From: Bacillota bacterium
GTDB taxonomy: Bacteria; Bacillota; Clostridia; Peptostreptococcales; Anaerovoracaceae
Assembly: GCA_017433375.1 (NCBI GenBank)
Contig: JAFRHG010000002.1
Span: 27,361-91,360 of the forward strand
Length of the DNA stretch: 64,000 bases
Direction: 5' to 3'
Under the pieces are notes generated by a model. It made no database searches, was not told the origin of the DNA, and saw nothing but the letters and a program-made list of their open reading frames with translations. The position numbers and the translations under genes are program-made. Of this stretch, positions 38,940-47,441 are shown one piece after another; the stretch's first letter is position 1, and every line of letters starts with the position of its first letter.

Positions 38940-40020
38940 ACTTAAAGGAATCAGTAAGCGATTTGATGACGCTAAGAGCGGTGAAACAGATGCCGTAAAC
39001 GGAGTTGATCTCGGAATAGAAAAGGGCGAGCTGATCGCTCTTCTCGGGCCAAGCGGCAGTGGAAAGACAACCATTCTGAGGATGATCGCCGGTCTGGAAG
39101 TGCCGACGGAAGGAGATATATACATAGAAGGTGTTCGTGTAAACGATCTGTCTCCTGCCGACAGGAAGATTGGGTTCGTTTTTCAGAACTACGCACTGTT
39201 CAGGTATATGACAGTATATGAGAATGTCGCTTTCGGACTTGAGGTCATGAAGAAGAGCGGTACAGAGATAAGAAAACGTGTCATGGAGCTTCTTGAGCTG
39301 ACAGAGCTGTCGGACCTCAAAGACAGATATCCGAATCAGCTCTCCGGAGGACAGCAGCAAAGAACAGCATTCGCCAGAGCTCTTGCTACGCAACCATCCC
39401 TTCTTCTCCTTGATGAGCCTTTTGCTGCTATCGACGCCAAGGTCAGGAAAGAGCTGAGGAGCTGGCTGAGGAACATGATCGGCGAAGTAGGGATCACAAG
39501 CATCTTTGTAACACACGATCAGGAAGAAGCGGTCGATATGGCGGACAGAATCGTGATCCTCAGAGAGGGAAGCGTCGTGCAAACAGGAGCCCCGAGGGAG
39601 ATATATGAGAACCCCGCGACGGTATTCGTCGCCTCGTTCCTGGGAGATCCCGTGATCCTTGACAGCTTTTCAGGATTCAAAGGCTTTGAGGACATCAATG
39701 ACAGCACTAGTGGGTCCAGAATCGTACTCAGACCGGAACATGTTGAAGCGTTCCGCGATGATAATCCAAAATTCCACGACCTTATTCCGATCTCCGAAAA
39801 CGGAACCGTAAGGAATATATTGTTCCGCGGGGATTTTCTCGAGCTTGAAATCGAGGTGAATGGGATAAGGCTCAAATGCAGAAGATCCCTCGAAAGGCGA
39901 ACAGTAGGAGTCGGAGAAAAAATGCGAGTTCTGATATACCGCATCAACGTATTCAGCCCATCTGGAGCAGAGGTGGTCAAAAACAGTTTCCTTCATAACA
40001 TTAATCCGGAATTCATGTAA
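38929..40020 (+). CDS. cysA: Sulfate ABC transporter ATP-binding protein
   Basis: GPSGSGKT, FQNYALF, LSGGQQQR, LDEPFAAIDAKVRKELRSWLR. Confidence 0.92.
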   Translation: MYLELKGISKRFDDAKSGETDAVNGVDLGIEKGELIALLGPSGSGKTTILRMIAGLEVPTEGDIYIEGVRVNDLSPADRKIGFVFQNYALFRYMTVYENVAFGLEVMKKSGTEIRKRVMELLELTELSDLKDRYPNQLSGGQQQRTAFARALATQPSLLLLDEPFAAIDAKVRKELRSWLRNMIGEVGITSIFVTHDQEEAVDMADRIVILREGSVVQTGAPREIYENPATVFVASFLGDPVILDSFSGFKGFEDINDSTSGSRIVLRPEHVEAFRDDNPKFHDLIPISENGTVRNILFRGDFLELEIEVNGIRLKCRRSLERRTVGVGEKMRVLIYRINVFSPSGAEVVKNSFLHNINPEFM

Positions 40021-40034
40021 AGAACGACCGAGCA

Positions 40035-40103
40035 TCTTCTGGCCGAACATCTCCGGCTCTTCTGGCCGAACATCTCCGGCTCTTCTGGCCGAACATCTCC
40101 GGC
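40035..40103. repeat. Perfect 3x 23-bp tandem repeat
   Basis: TCTTCTGGCCGAACATCTCCGGC at 40035, 40058 and 40081. Confidence 0.95.
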
Positions 40104-40161
40104 TGCCGGTTGACGCTGCGCCGCGAAAGCCCATATAATAGACGGACGGAGGAAATCTGGA

Positions 40162-40926
40162 ATGAGTGAGAACATCTTCGACCGGACCGAAATGCTCCTT
40201 GGCCAAAAGGCTATGGAAAAACTGGCCGCCTCCCGGGTGGCGGTTTTTGGTGTGGGCGGCGTCGGCGGCTTTGCTGTGGAGGCTCTGGTCCGTTCCGGGA
40301 TCGGTGCGATCGACCTGATCGACCATGATCGGGTGAGCGAGTCCAACCTCAACCGGCAGATCATCGCCACCAGAAAGACGTTGGGGCAGCACAAGGTGGA
40401 TGCCGCGGCGGAGCGGATCGCCGACATCAATCCCGACTGCCGGGTCACGGTGCACCGGGAGTTCTATCTGCCGGAGACGAGGGGCCGCTTTGATTTCCGC
40501 GACTATGATTACGTGGTGGACGCCATCGATACGGTGGCCGGCAAGCTGGCCCTCATCGAGGCCGCCAGGGACGCGGGCACGCCGATCATCTGCTCCATGG
40601 GCGCGGGCAACAAACTGGACCCGGCAGCTTTCCAGGTGGCGGACATCTATGAGACATCCGTCTGCCCTCTGGCGAAAGTCATCCGCCGGGAGTGCCGGAA
40701 GCGGGGAATCAAAGCCCTGAAGGTGGTGTACTCCACGGAGGAGCCTCTCCGGCCGGTGCGAGGGGAAGGCTGTGACGGGCCAGCGGCACAGGACATGGAT
40801 TGCGACGGGCCGCCGGCGAAACGCCCCCCGGGATCCGTTGCCTTTGCACCCTCGGTGGCGGGACTGATCGCGGCAGGCGAGGTCGTGCGGGACCTGGCCT
40901 CCGTTGAAAAAGCCCGGGTCCGGTGA
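40162..40926 (+). CDS. tcdA: tRNA threonylcarbamoyladenosine dehydratase (ThiF family)
   Basis: GVGGVGG, SNLNRQ, DAIDT, SMGAGNKLDP, CPLAK, VVYSTE. Confidence 0.9.
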   Translation: MSENIFDRTEMLLGQKAMEKLAASRVAVFGVGGVGGFAVEALVRSGIGAIDLIDHDRVSESNLNRQIIATRKTLGQHKVDAAAERIADINPDCRVTVHREFYLPETRGRFDFRDYDYVVDAIDTVAGKLALIEAARDAGTPIICSMGAGNKLDPAAFQVADIYETSVCPLAKVIRRECRKRGIKALKVVYSTEEPLRPVRGEGCDGPAAQDMDCDGPPAKRPPGSVAFAPSVAGLIAAGEVVRDLASVEKARVR

Positions 40927-40944
40927 TATGATTGGAGGACAACA

Positions 40945-41301
40945 ATGATACTGATCAAGGAATTTGAATTCGATGCGGCCCACAACCTGATCCATTATCA
41001 CGGCAAGTGCGAGCGCCTTCACGGCCACACCTATAAGCTGGTGGTCAAACTGGAGGGCACGCCGGATGCGGAAGACATGATCTATGATTTCACGGAGCTG
41101 AAGCGGCTGGTGAAGGAACAGGTGCTGGAGGAGTTCGATCATCACTACATCAACGACTTCATTGAGCAGCCGACGGCGGAGAACATCGCCGTCTACATAT
41201 GGAACAGGCTGGAGCCCCTGGTGAAGACGGACAACGCCCATCTTTACGAGATCGAGGTCTGGGAGACGAAGACTTCCGGCATTATATACAACGGAGCGTA
41301 A
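40945..41301 (+). CDS. queD: 6-carboxytetrahydropterin synthase / PTPS family (COG0720)
   Basis: FDAAH, CERLHGHTY, FDH, PTAENIA, VWET. Confidence 0.9.
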   Translation: MILIKEFEFDAAHNLIHYHGKCERLHGHTYKLVVKLEGTPDAEDMIYDFTELKRLVKEQVLEEFDHHYINDFIEQPTAENIAVYIWNRLEPLVKTDNAHLYEIEVWETKTSGIIYNGA

Positions 41302-41355
41302 GGCAAAGGCAACGCCGGACGCAAAAGCAACGTCGAGCGAGCGAGGAAGAGCAAC

Positions 41356-42123
41356 ATGAAAGACGTACAGAACGAAAAAGACAGCCGCAACATCTACCTC
41401 CATCAGGTGGGTATCCGCGGACTGAAATATCCGGTGCTGATCCGCGACCGGCGGGGGAAGACCGTTCCCGTGACCGGCGAGGTCAGCCTCTTTGCCGATC
41501 TGGAGGGCGATCAGAAGGGGACCCACATGTCCCGCTTCGTGGAGGTGCTGACGAAATATAACCAGATGGACCTGCGGACGATCCGGCACCTTCTGGAGGA
41601 GATCCGGGAGCGGCTGGAAGCGGAAAGCAGTTTCTGCCGCATCGATTTCGACTATTATATCTGGAAGAAAGCGCCGGTCACCGGCGGCGGGGCCTACCTG
41701 GCCGTCGAGGTGGAATACAACGGCGCCCTGCGGGGGGACGAGATGGATTTTGAGATGACCGTGCGCACGCCGGTGACGACTCTCTGTCCCTGCTCCAAAG
41801 AGATCTCCGATTATTCGGCCCACAACCAGCGGGCCATTGTGTCCATCACCCTGCGGACCGACCGGTACATCTGGATCGAGGATGTGTGCAAGATCGCCGA
41901 GGAGGCATCCTCCTGCCCGGTCTACTCTCTGCTGAAGCGGCCCGACGAAAAGTACGTGACGGAGAAGGCCTACGACAACCCCCGGTTCGTGGAAGACGTG
42001 GCCCGGGAAGTAAAGATGCAGGTCGACGGGCTGGAGGGTGTGAAGAGTTACATCATCGAAGTGGAGAGCATGGAGAGCATCCACAACCATTCGGCCTACG
42101 CCAAGGTGGAAGGCGCGCGGTAG
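41356..42123 (+). CDS. folE2: GTP cyclohydrolase IB
   Basis: KGTHMSRF, TLCPCSKEIS, AHNQR, LKRPDEKYVTE, FVED, ESIHNH. Confidence 0.95.
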   Translation: MKDVQNEKDSRNIYLHQVGIRGLKYPVLIRDRRGKTVPVTGEVSLFADLEGDQKGTHMSRFVEVLTKYNQMDLRTIRHLLEEIRERLEAESSFCRIDFDYYIWKKAPVTGGGAYLAVEVEYNGALRGDEMDFEMTVRTPVTTLCPCSKEISDYSAHNQRAIVSITLRTDRYIWIEDVCKIAEEASSCPVYSLLKRPDEKYVTEKAYDNPRFVEDVAREVKMQVDGLEGVKSYIIEVESMESIHNHSAYAKVEGAR

Positions 42124-42156
42124 CGCTTATTCAGGGGAAGAGACGGGATTTGGATA

Positions 42157-43164
42157 ATGAATGAAAAGGCAATCAAACGGGAACTTCGGCGGGTCCGCAG
42201 TCGGGAAGCCGATATCCTGACCAAAAGAAAATACGGCAGGGTGATCAACCTGGAAAGCCTGCTGAACAAATATATTCCCGACACGCTGGAGGAGACTCTG
42301 GACGCGGCGTTCCGGGAAGCCTTTAAGATGATCTTCGCCAAGGGCACGCCCCTCATCGGGAAGACCTTTAACGAGAAGAAGCTGCGCCAGTCCAAAGGAA
42401 CCGACGCCGAGGCGCAGATGCTTTGGGCCAAGGACATGCTGCTGACCGGTGTGGAAGGAACCGGCCTGGGTCTGGTGGGCGTCGGCCTGCCGGACATTCC
42501 GGTGTTCACCGGTATGCTTCTGCGGACGGTCTATCAGACGGCCCTGTCCTATCAGTTCGAGTACAAAACCAAGACGGAGCAGTACTTCATCCTCCATCTG
42601 ATCGAAGCGGCCCTGGCCCGGGGGAAGAAAGCGGAGACCCTCAGCAAGGATCTGGACGAACTGATGCTCCGGATCGATGAGGAGGGCTTCACCTACTACG
42701 GCAGCATCAACGATCAGATCGCGAAAACCTCCAAGGCCATGTCCGACGAGATGCTCTACCTGAAGTTCGTGCAGACCATCCCCGTGGTGGGCGTCGCCGG
42801 CGGGCTGTCGAATCCGATCTACCTGAACATCGTCAAGTCCTTCGCGGATGTCAAATACCGCAAGCGCCGCCTGCTGATCCGGCTGCGGAAACTCCGGGCG
42901 GAGCAGAAGGCGCTGGAAGAACCGAAGGAGGAGGCACCAGCTTGCCCCGATGCACCTGTCGCACCGGCTGAGGCTTCGGTTGAGCTGGATACGGTCGACG
43001 CGCCTCAGGTTGAGCTCGATACGACTACATCCGAAGCGGTCGATGCGCCTCAGGTTGAGCTCGATACGACTGCATCCGAAGCGGTCGACGCGCCGGCCGC
43101 GCCTAACGCCGCGCCCAATCGCCCGAGGATCCGAATCTATGATCCCGATGGGGACGAAGAATAG
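42157..43164 (+). CDS. EcsC-family protein with C-terminal acidic repeats
   Basis: EGTGLGLVGVGLPDIP, KFVQTIPVVGVAGG; tail PQVELDTT(T/A)SEAVDA repeated twice. Confidence 0.75.
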   Translation: MNEKAIKRELRRVRSREADILTKRKYGRVINLESLLNKYIPDTLEETLDAAFREAFKMIFAKGTPLIGKTFNEKKLRQSKGTDAEAQMLWAKDMLLTGVEGTGLGLVGVGLPDIPVFTGMLLRTVYQTALSYQFEYKTKTEQYFILHLIEAALARGKKAETLSKDLDELMLRIDEEGFTYYGSINDQIAKTSKAMSDEMLYLKFVQTIPVVGVAGGLSNPIYLNIVKSFADVKYRKRRLLIRLRKLRAEQKALEEPKEEAPACPDAPVAPAEASVELDTVDAPQVELDTTTSEAVDAPQVELDTTASEAVDAPAAPNAAPNRPRIRIYDPDGDEE

Positions 43165-43233
43165 TCCGCGCCGGGCGGCTAAGGGACAGTCTGGCGATCG
43201 CCTTTGTGTAAACTGCTGCCCGGCCGCCCTGAA

Positions 43234-43497
43234 CATGTAAAACATTTTTTGTGAAAGAGAGTTTTTCATACGCGGCCCCGAAAATGCCTAAAATAGCGGT
43301 TGTTTCTGGCTTTTCAGAGGGTTGGCATGTCAACAATTTTTCTGAGGAGATGAGTTGTCATGCGTTTTCCGGATATGTATGAAAACTCCCTCTGGGAGAA
43401 AAAAGTTTTCATGTTTCAGGCCTGAACAGACCTCAGATAGGCGTTCTGAAGGCTCAAATGTGTAAAACTCCTGCGCTGGGAAAAAGTTTGTCGTATG
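43234..43497. repeat. Four degenerate ~40-bp palindromic units
   Basis: ATG(T/A)AAAAC...GTTTT(T)CAT-type units at about 43234, 43326, 43374 and 43458; units 3 and 4 resemble the reverse complement of units 1 and 2. Confidence 0.55.
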
Positions 43498-43606
43498 GCC
43501 AGGCTGGGGAGCAGCGGATGGGTGCTTGCAGAGACAGCGTGGCGATGTAACGGTGCTCGCAGAGGCGGCGAGGCGAGCCGATTAGCTGCGATGAAAAGAG
43601 CTGGCC

Positions 43607-43811
43607 GCAAAGAAAGAGGCTGTTGCAGGTGATGTGCAACAGCCTCTTTCCTCATCATTATCATTGTCTTTTCAGTAGGAGGTAGATTCCGGAAATGAAT
43701 TTGATGAGGGAGCCGTGGTAGGTTGTTGGGGAATGAGAAGAAGAAGTGTTTGGTTTTGGCCCGGCCCCCTGTATTCATTTCCACAGTTCAGGAGGTTGTC
43801 TCCCTCGCTGC
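43607..43811 (-). ncRNA. Candidate ~200-nt small RNA
   Basis: Extended -10 TGcTACTAT (43826-43818), internal 10-bp long-range stem, two ACCUCCU motifs, ends at the terminator hairpin. Confidence 0.4.
43612..43650. terminator. Strong hairpin, probable intrinsic terminator (minus strand or bidirectional)
   Basis: Perfect 16-bp stem GAAAGAGGCTGTTGCA / TGCAACAGCCTCTTTC with a 7-nt loop; ends CTTTCTTT on the minus strand. Confidence 0.75.
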
Positions 43812-43956
43812 GACTATATAGTAGCAGAGAATTATGCCGATTTCGCGGAGCGAATGTGAAGATTGTCTGAAGAAAATATGTTGAAGCGGGGGAGTTCAGG
43901 CCCAAATAACAGGGGAGAAATAGCCCGCAAACGGAGAAGAAAGAGCGCGTATGCGG

Positions 43957-43985
43957 TTGACAATCCCGCGGCAGATGGTTACAAT
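43957..43985 (+). promoter_or_regulatory. SigA-type promoter of birA-bioY
   Basis: TTGACA-N17-TACAAT; a second TTTACG-N16-TACAAT follows at 43997-44024. Confidence 0.8.
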
Positions 43986-44070
43986 TGAGCCGCGAGTTTA
44001 CGATCGGCAGCCCGGGTTTACAATCATGACCGGGGCAACCCGCGTGCATTCATCAGACAGAGGGGGAATC

Positions 44071-45090
44071 ATGGCAGGACGGGTCAGGGACGCCGTGCTG
44101 GCGAAACTGCAGAACAACAAAGGACAGTATCTGTCCGGAGAGAAGCTGTCCGACCAGCTGGGCGTGTCCCGGGCGGCGGTCTGGAAGGCGATCCGCGGAC
44201 TGCGGGAGGAAGGCTATCCCATCGAGGCGATGACCAATCGGGGATATCTGCTGCCCGACAGCCCGGAGGTGATCACCGAAGAGGAGATCCGCCGGTACCT
44301 TCCGGCCAGGTACCGGGACAACGGGCTCTATCTCTTTGACGTTCTGGATTCCACCAACAACAAGGCCCGGCAGCTGGCCGCAGAGGGCGGTCAGGTCCAT
44401 GGGAGCACGGTCATCGCTCTGCAGCAGACCGGAGGAAAGGGACGCCTGGGGCGGAACTTTTTCTCCCCGAAGGAAGGGATCTACTTCAGCATCATCATCC
44501 GGCCGGACTTCGACCTGCGCCGGTCCGTCCTCGTCACCGTGGCCGCGGCGGCGGCGGTGGCGGAAGCCATCGAAAGCGTCAGCGGACAGCGGGCCCGGAT
44601 CAAGTGGGTCAACGATGTGTACGTCGGAGGGAAAAAAGTCTGCGGCATTCTGACCGAGGGCATCACGGATTTTGAGAGCGGCCAGATCGACCATCTGGTC
44701 ATCGGCATCGGCATCAACACGACCACGAAGGGATTCCCGAAAGAGCTGCAGGACATCGCCGGCGCCGTGGAGGGCGAGTACAGCCGGCCGGCCCTGGTGG
44801 CGGGCGTCATCACCCGGGTCCTGGATTATCTGGGGAATATCGAGGCGCGGGAATTCCTGCAGAGCTACCGGCGCAAAAGCATGCTCATCGGAGAGGATGT
44901 GATGGTCTTCCGCGGAGTATACCGGCAGAATCCGGAGGAGGAGATGGACGGCCGCCCGGCAAGGGTGACCGGCATCGATGAGGACGGCGGACTGAAGGTC
45001 ATCTACACCGACGGCACCCGGGAGACCCTCGTCACCGGAGAAGTGACCGTACGGCGGACCGGGGAAAAGCAATCCCCGCCGCAGGCATAA
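44071..45090 (+). CDS. birA: Bifunctional biotin ligase/repressor
   Basis: HTH SGEKLSDQLGVSRAAVWKAI, STN, QTGGKGRLGRNF, IKWVND, KKVCGILTE, GIGIN. Confidence 0.95.
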   Translation: MAGRVRDAVLAKLQNNKGQYLSGEKLSDQLGVSRAAVWKAIRGLREEGYPIEAMTNRGYLLPDSPEVITEEEIRRYLPARYRDNGLYLFDVLDSTNNKARQLAAEGGQVHGSTVIALQQTGGKGRLGRNFFSPKEGIYFSIIIRPDFDLRRSVLVTVAAAAAVAEAIESVSGQRARIKWVNDVYVGGKKVCGILTEGITDFESGQIDHLVIGIGINTTTKGFPKELQDIAGAVEGEYSRPALVAGVITRVLDYLGNIEAREFLQSYRRKSMLIGEDVMVFRGVYRQNPEEEMDGRPARVTGIDEDGGLKVIYTDGTRETLVTGEVTVRRTGEKQSPPQA

Positions 45091-45109
45091 GGAAAGGACA
45101 AGGAAAGCA

Positions 45110-45679
45110 ATGACAACACAGGACTTCGACAGATCATACTCCAAAACCACATACATGGCACTTTGCGGACTCTTCGCCGCCCTGACGGCGATCTGTTCGT
45201 ATATCTCCATCCCTCTGGGATTCACCCCCGTACCGGTCAACCTGGGTACGCTGGCCGTGTTCCTGGCGGGTGGACTTTTAGGCAAAAAATACGGAACGGT
45301 GAGCCTGGCCGTCTACGCCTTTCTGGGTGCGGTAGGCGTGCCGGTATTCGCCGGATTCCGCGGCGGCCTCAGCGTGCTGGCGGGACCGACGGGCGGATAC
45401 ATCGTCGGATACATCGTGGCGGCATTCCTCATCGGATTGCTTTTGGAAAAGACCCTGCGGCCCGGGCAGTCCCGGAGCCGGCAGATCGCCCTGTGCGCCG
45501 CGGCGGAGATCATCGGGCTGCTGGCCTGCTACGCCCTGGGAACCCTCTGGTTCATCGTCAGCACGGGAACGGGCATCTGGGCTTCCCTGGTCGCCTGCGT
45601 GTTCCCCTTCCTCCCCGGGGACGGACTGAAGATCGCTGCCGCCGCCATACTGATCCAGAAACTGAGGAGGCTGCTTTAG
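45110..45679 (+). CDS. bioY: Biotin transporter BioY
   Basis: FTPVP, GAVGVPVFAG, GPTGGYIVG, PFLPGD; adjacent to birA. Confidence 0.95.
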   Translation: MTTQDFDRSYSKTTYMALCGLFAALTAICSYISIPLGFTPVPVNLGTLAVFLAGGLLGKKYGTVSLAVYAFLGAVGVPVFAGFRGGLSVLAGPTGGYIVGYIVAAFLIGLLLEKTLRPGQSRSRQIALCAAAEIIGLLACYALGTLWFIVSTGTGIWASLVACVFPFLPGDGLKIAAAAILIQKLRRLL

Positions 45680-45698
45680 GTACAAAGGCAACAGCAAT

Positions 45699-47441
45699 AT
45701 GAAATATACCCTTCGCCATTACCGCCCATACATCCCCTTCATGCTGCTCATCGTCGGATTCCTCTTCGGACAGGCCATGTGCGAGCTTGCACTGCCCGGA
45801 TACATGTCCGACATCATCAACAACGGGATCGTGAAGCACGATCTGGAGCACGTGAAGAGCATGGGAAAGATCATGATCGCCGTATCGGCGGGCTCCATGC
45901 TCTGCGCCATCGGCGGTTCCTTCTTCGCGGCCTGGTCGGCGGCGGGGATCTGCCGGAACATCCGGAAGGACCTTTTCCGCCAGGTGACGTCCTTCAGCGC
46001 GGCGGAGATGAGCCGCTTCTCCACGGCGTCCCTGATCACCCGGTCCACCAACGACGTGCAGATGGTGCAGCAGACGACGACCATGATGCTGCGGATGGCG
46101 ATTTTCGCCCCCATCATGGGCATCGGCGCCGTGTACAAAGCGATTCACACCAGCGTCTCCCTGTCCTGGACCATCGGCGTGGCCCTGGCCGTGATCATCT
46201 GCGTCATGGGGATCGCCTTTGTCGCGGTGCTTCCCAAATTCAAGGTGCTCCAGTCGAAGCTGGACCGCCTGAACCTGATCATGAAAGAACGGCTGGAGGG
46301 CATTCTGGTCATCCGGGCCTTCACCACCGAGCGGCAGGAAGAAGCCCGCTTCGATTACGCCAACATGGACCTGACCCGGATCAACATCTTCGTCAACCGG
46401 GCCATGTCATTCCTTATGCCGGCGCTGATGTTCGTGATGAACGCGGTCAGCGTGCTGATCCTCTGGGCCGGCGCCCATCTCATTGAAGCGGACAAGCTGA
46501 TGATCGGCGACATGCTGGCTTACCTGCAGTACGCCATGCACGTGATCATGTCTTTCCTCTTCGTGACCGCCATGTTCATTCTCCTCCCCCGGGCCATGGT
46601 TTCGGCCCAGCGGATCGGGGAGGTCCTGGGCACGCCCCTGAGCATTAAGGATCCGGAGAATCCGGTCAGGCCGGAGGAGATCCGGGGAGAAGTGGAATTC
46701 CGCGGAGTTGATTTTGCATACCCCAGCGCGGAGCAGAACACCCTGACCGACATCAGTTTCACGGCGCGGCCGGGACAGACGACGGCCATCATCGGCAGCA
46801 CGGGAAGCGGCAAGTCCACGATGATCCAGATGATCCCCCGGTTCTACGATGTGACCGCCGGACAGGTGCTGGTGGACGGCTGCGACGTGCGGCAGATGGC
46901 CCAGAGCGACCTGCGCTCCCTCATCGGTTACGTCCCGCAGAAAGGCAATCTCTTCTCCGGGACCATCGCCAGCAATCTTCGCTACGGCAAAGACGACGCC
47001 AGCCAGGAGGAAATGCAGGAAGCGGCCCGCATCGCCCAGGCCCTGGAGTTCATCGACTCCCGGGAGGGCGGTTTTGACGAGCCCGTATCCCAGGGCGGCG
47101 TCAACGTTTCCGGCGGCCAGAAACAGCGGCTGGGCATCGCCCGGGCCCTGATCCGGCGGCCGGCCGTCTATATCTTTGATGACAGTTTCAGCGCCCTGGA
47201 CTTCAGCACGGACAAGGCGCTCCGGGCAGCCCTCAGGGAAGCGGCGGGGGACAGCACCATCCTCATCGTCGCCCAGCGGATCAACACCATCCTCGACGCC
47301 GATCAGATCCTGGTTCTCGATGAGGGCCGGATCGTGGGCAAAGGCAACCATCGCCAGCTGATGGAATCCTGCAAAGTCTACCAGGAGATCGCCCTTTCCC
47401 AGCTGAGCGAAGAGGAACTGAAAAGGGGGTATGCCGGATGA
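45699..47441 (+). CDS. Heterodimeric ABC exporter subunit 1
   Basis: TASLITRSTND, GSTGSGKS, VSGGQKQR, degenerate Walker B IFDDSFS. Confidence 0.92.
   Translation: MKYTLRHYRPYIPFMLLIVGFLFGQAMCELALPGYMSDIINNGIVKHDLEHVKSMGKIMIAVSAGSMLCAIGGSFFAAWSAAGICRNIRKDLFRQVTSFSAAEMSRFSTASLITRSTNDVQMVQQTTTMMLRMAIFAPIMGIGAVYKAIHTSVSLSWTIGVALAVIICVMGIAFVAVLPKFKVLQSKLDRLNLIMKERLEGILVIRAFTTERQEEARFDYANMDLTRINIFVNRAMSFLMPALMFVMNAVSVLILWAGAHLIEADKLMIGDMLAYLQYAMHVIMSFLFVTAMFILLPRAMVSAQRIGEVLGTPLSIKDPENPVRPEEIRGEVEFRGVDFAYPSAEQNTLTDISFTARPGQTTAIIGSTGSGKSTMIQMIPRFYDVTAGQVLVDGCDVRQMAQSDLRSLIGYVPQKGNLFSGTIASNLRYGKDDASQEEMQEAARIAQALEFIDSREGGFDEPVSQGGVNVSGGQKQRLGIARALIRRPAVYIFDDSFSALDFSTDKALRAALREAAGDSTILIVAQRINTILDADQILVLDEGRIVGKGNHRQLMESCKVYQEIALSQLSEEELKRGYAG

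Larger units (their letters stand above)
28150..40030. other. Compositionally foreign block (putative genomic islet): sulfate uptake, PAPS synthesis, sulfotransferase
   Basis: Visibly lower GC, many ATA/AGA/GCA/ACA codons unlike the flanks, and no exact AAAGGCAAC copy found. No integrase seen; boundaries approximate. Confidence 0.75.

Noticed and set aside
40035-40103. Possible CRISPR array
   Set aside because: The repeats are directly adjacent with no spacers; it is a simple tandem repeat.
40162-42123. 7-deazaguanine DNA-modification (dpd) cluster
   Set aside because: No dpdA/tgt-like, queC or queE gene nearby; the context is housekeeping.
43612-43650. IS1182-like terminal inverted repeats
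   Set aside because: The stem resembles such ends from memory, but there is no transposase or target duplication; treated as a terminator.
43416-44049. ORFs 43416-43784 and 43672-44049 (and 49461-49889) as genes
   Set aside because: Atypical composition, no SD or motifs, and they run through terminator, promoter or repeat elements.
43940-44070. BirA operator upstream of birA
   Set aside because: The GTT(G/T)ACA-like words are direct, not inverted, and are explained by two tandem sigma-A promoters.
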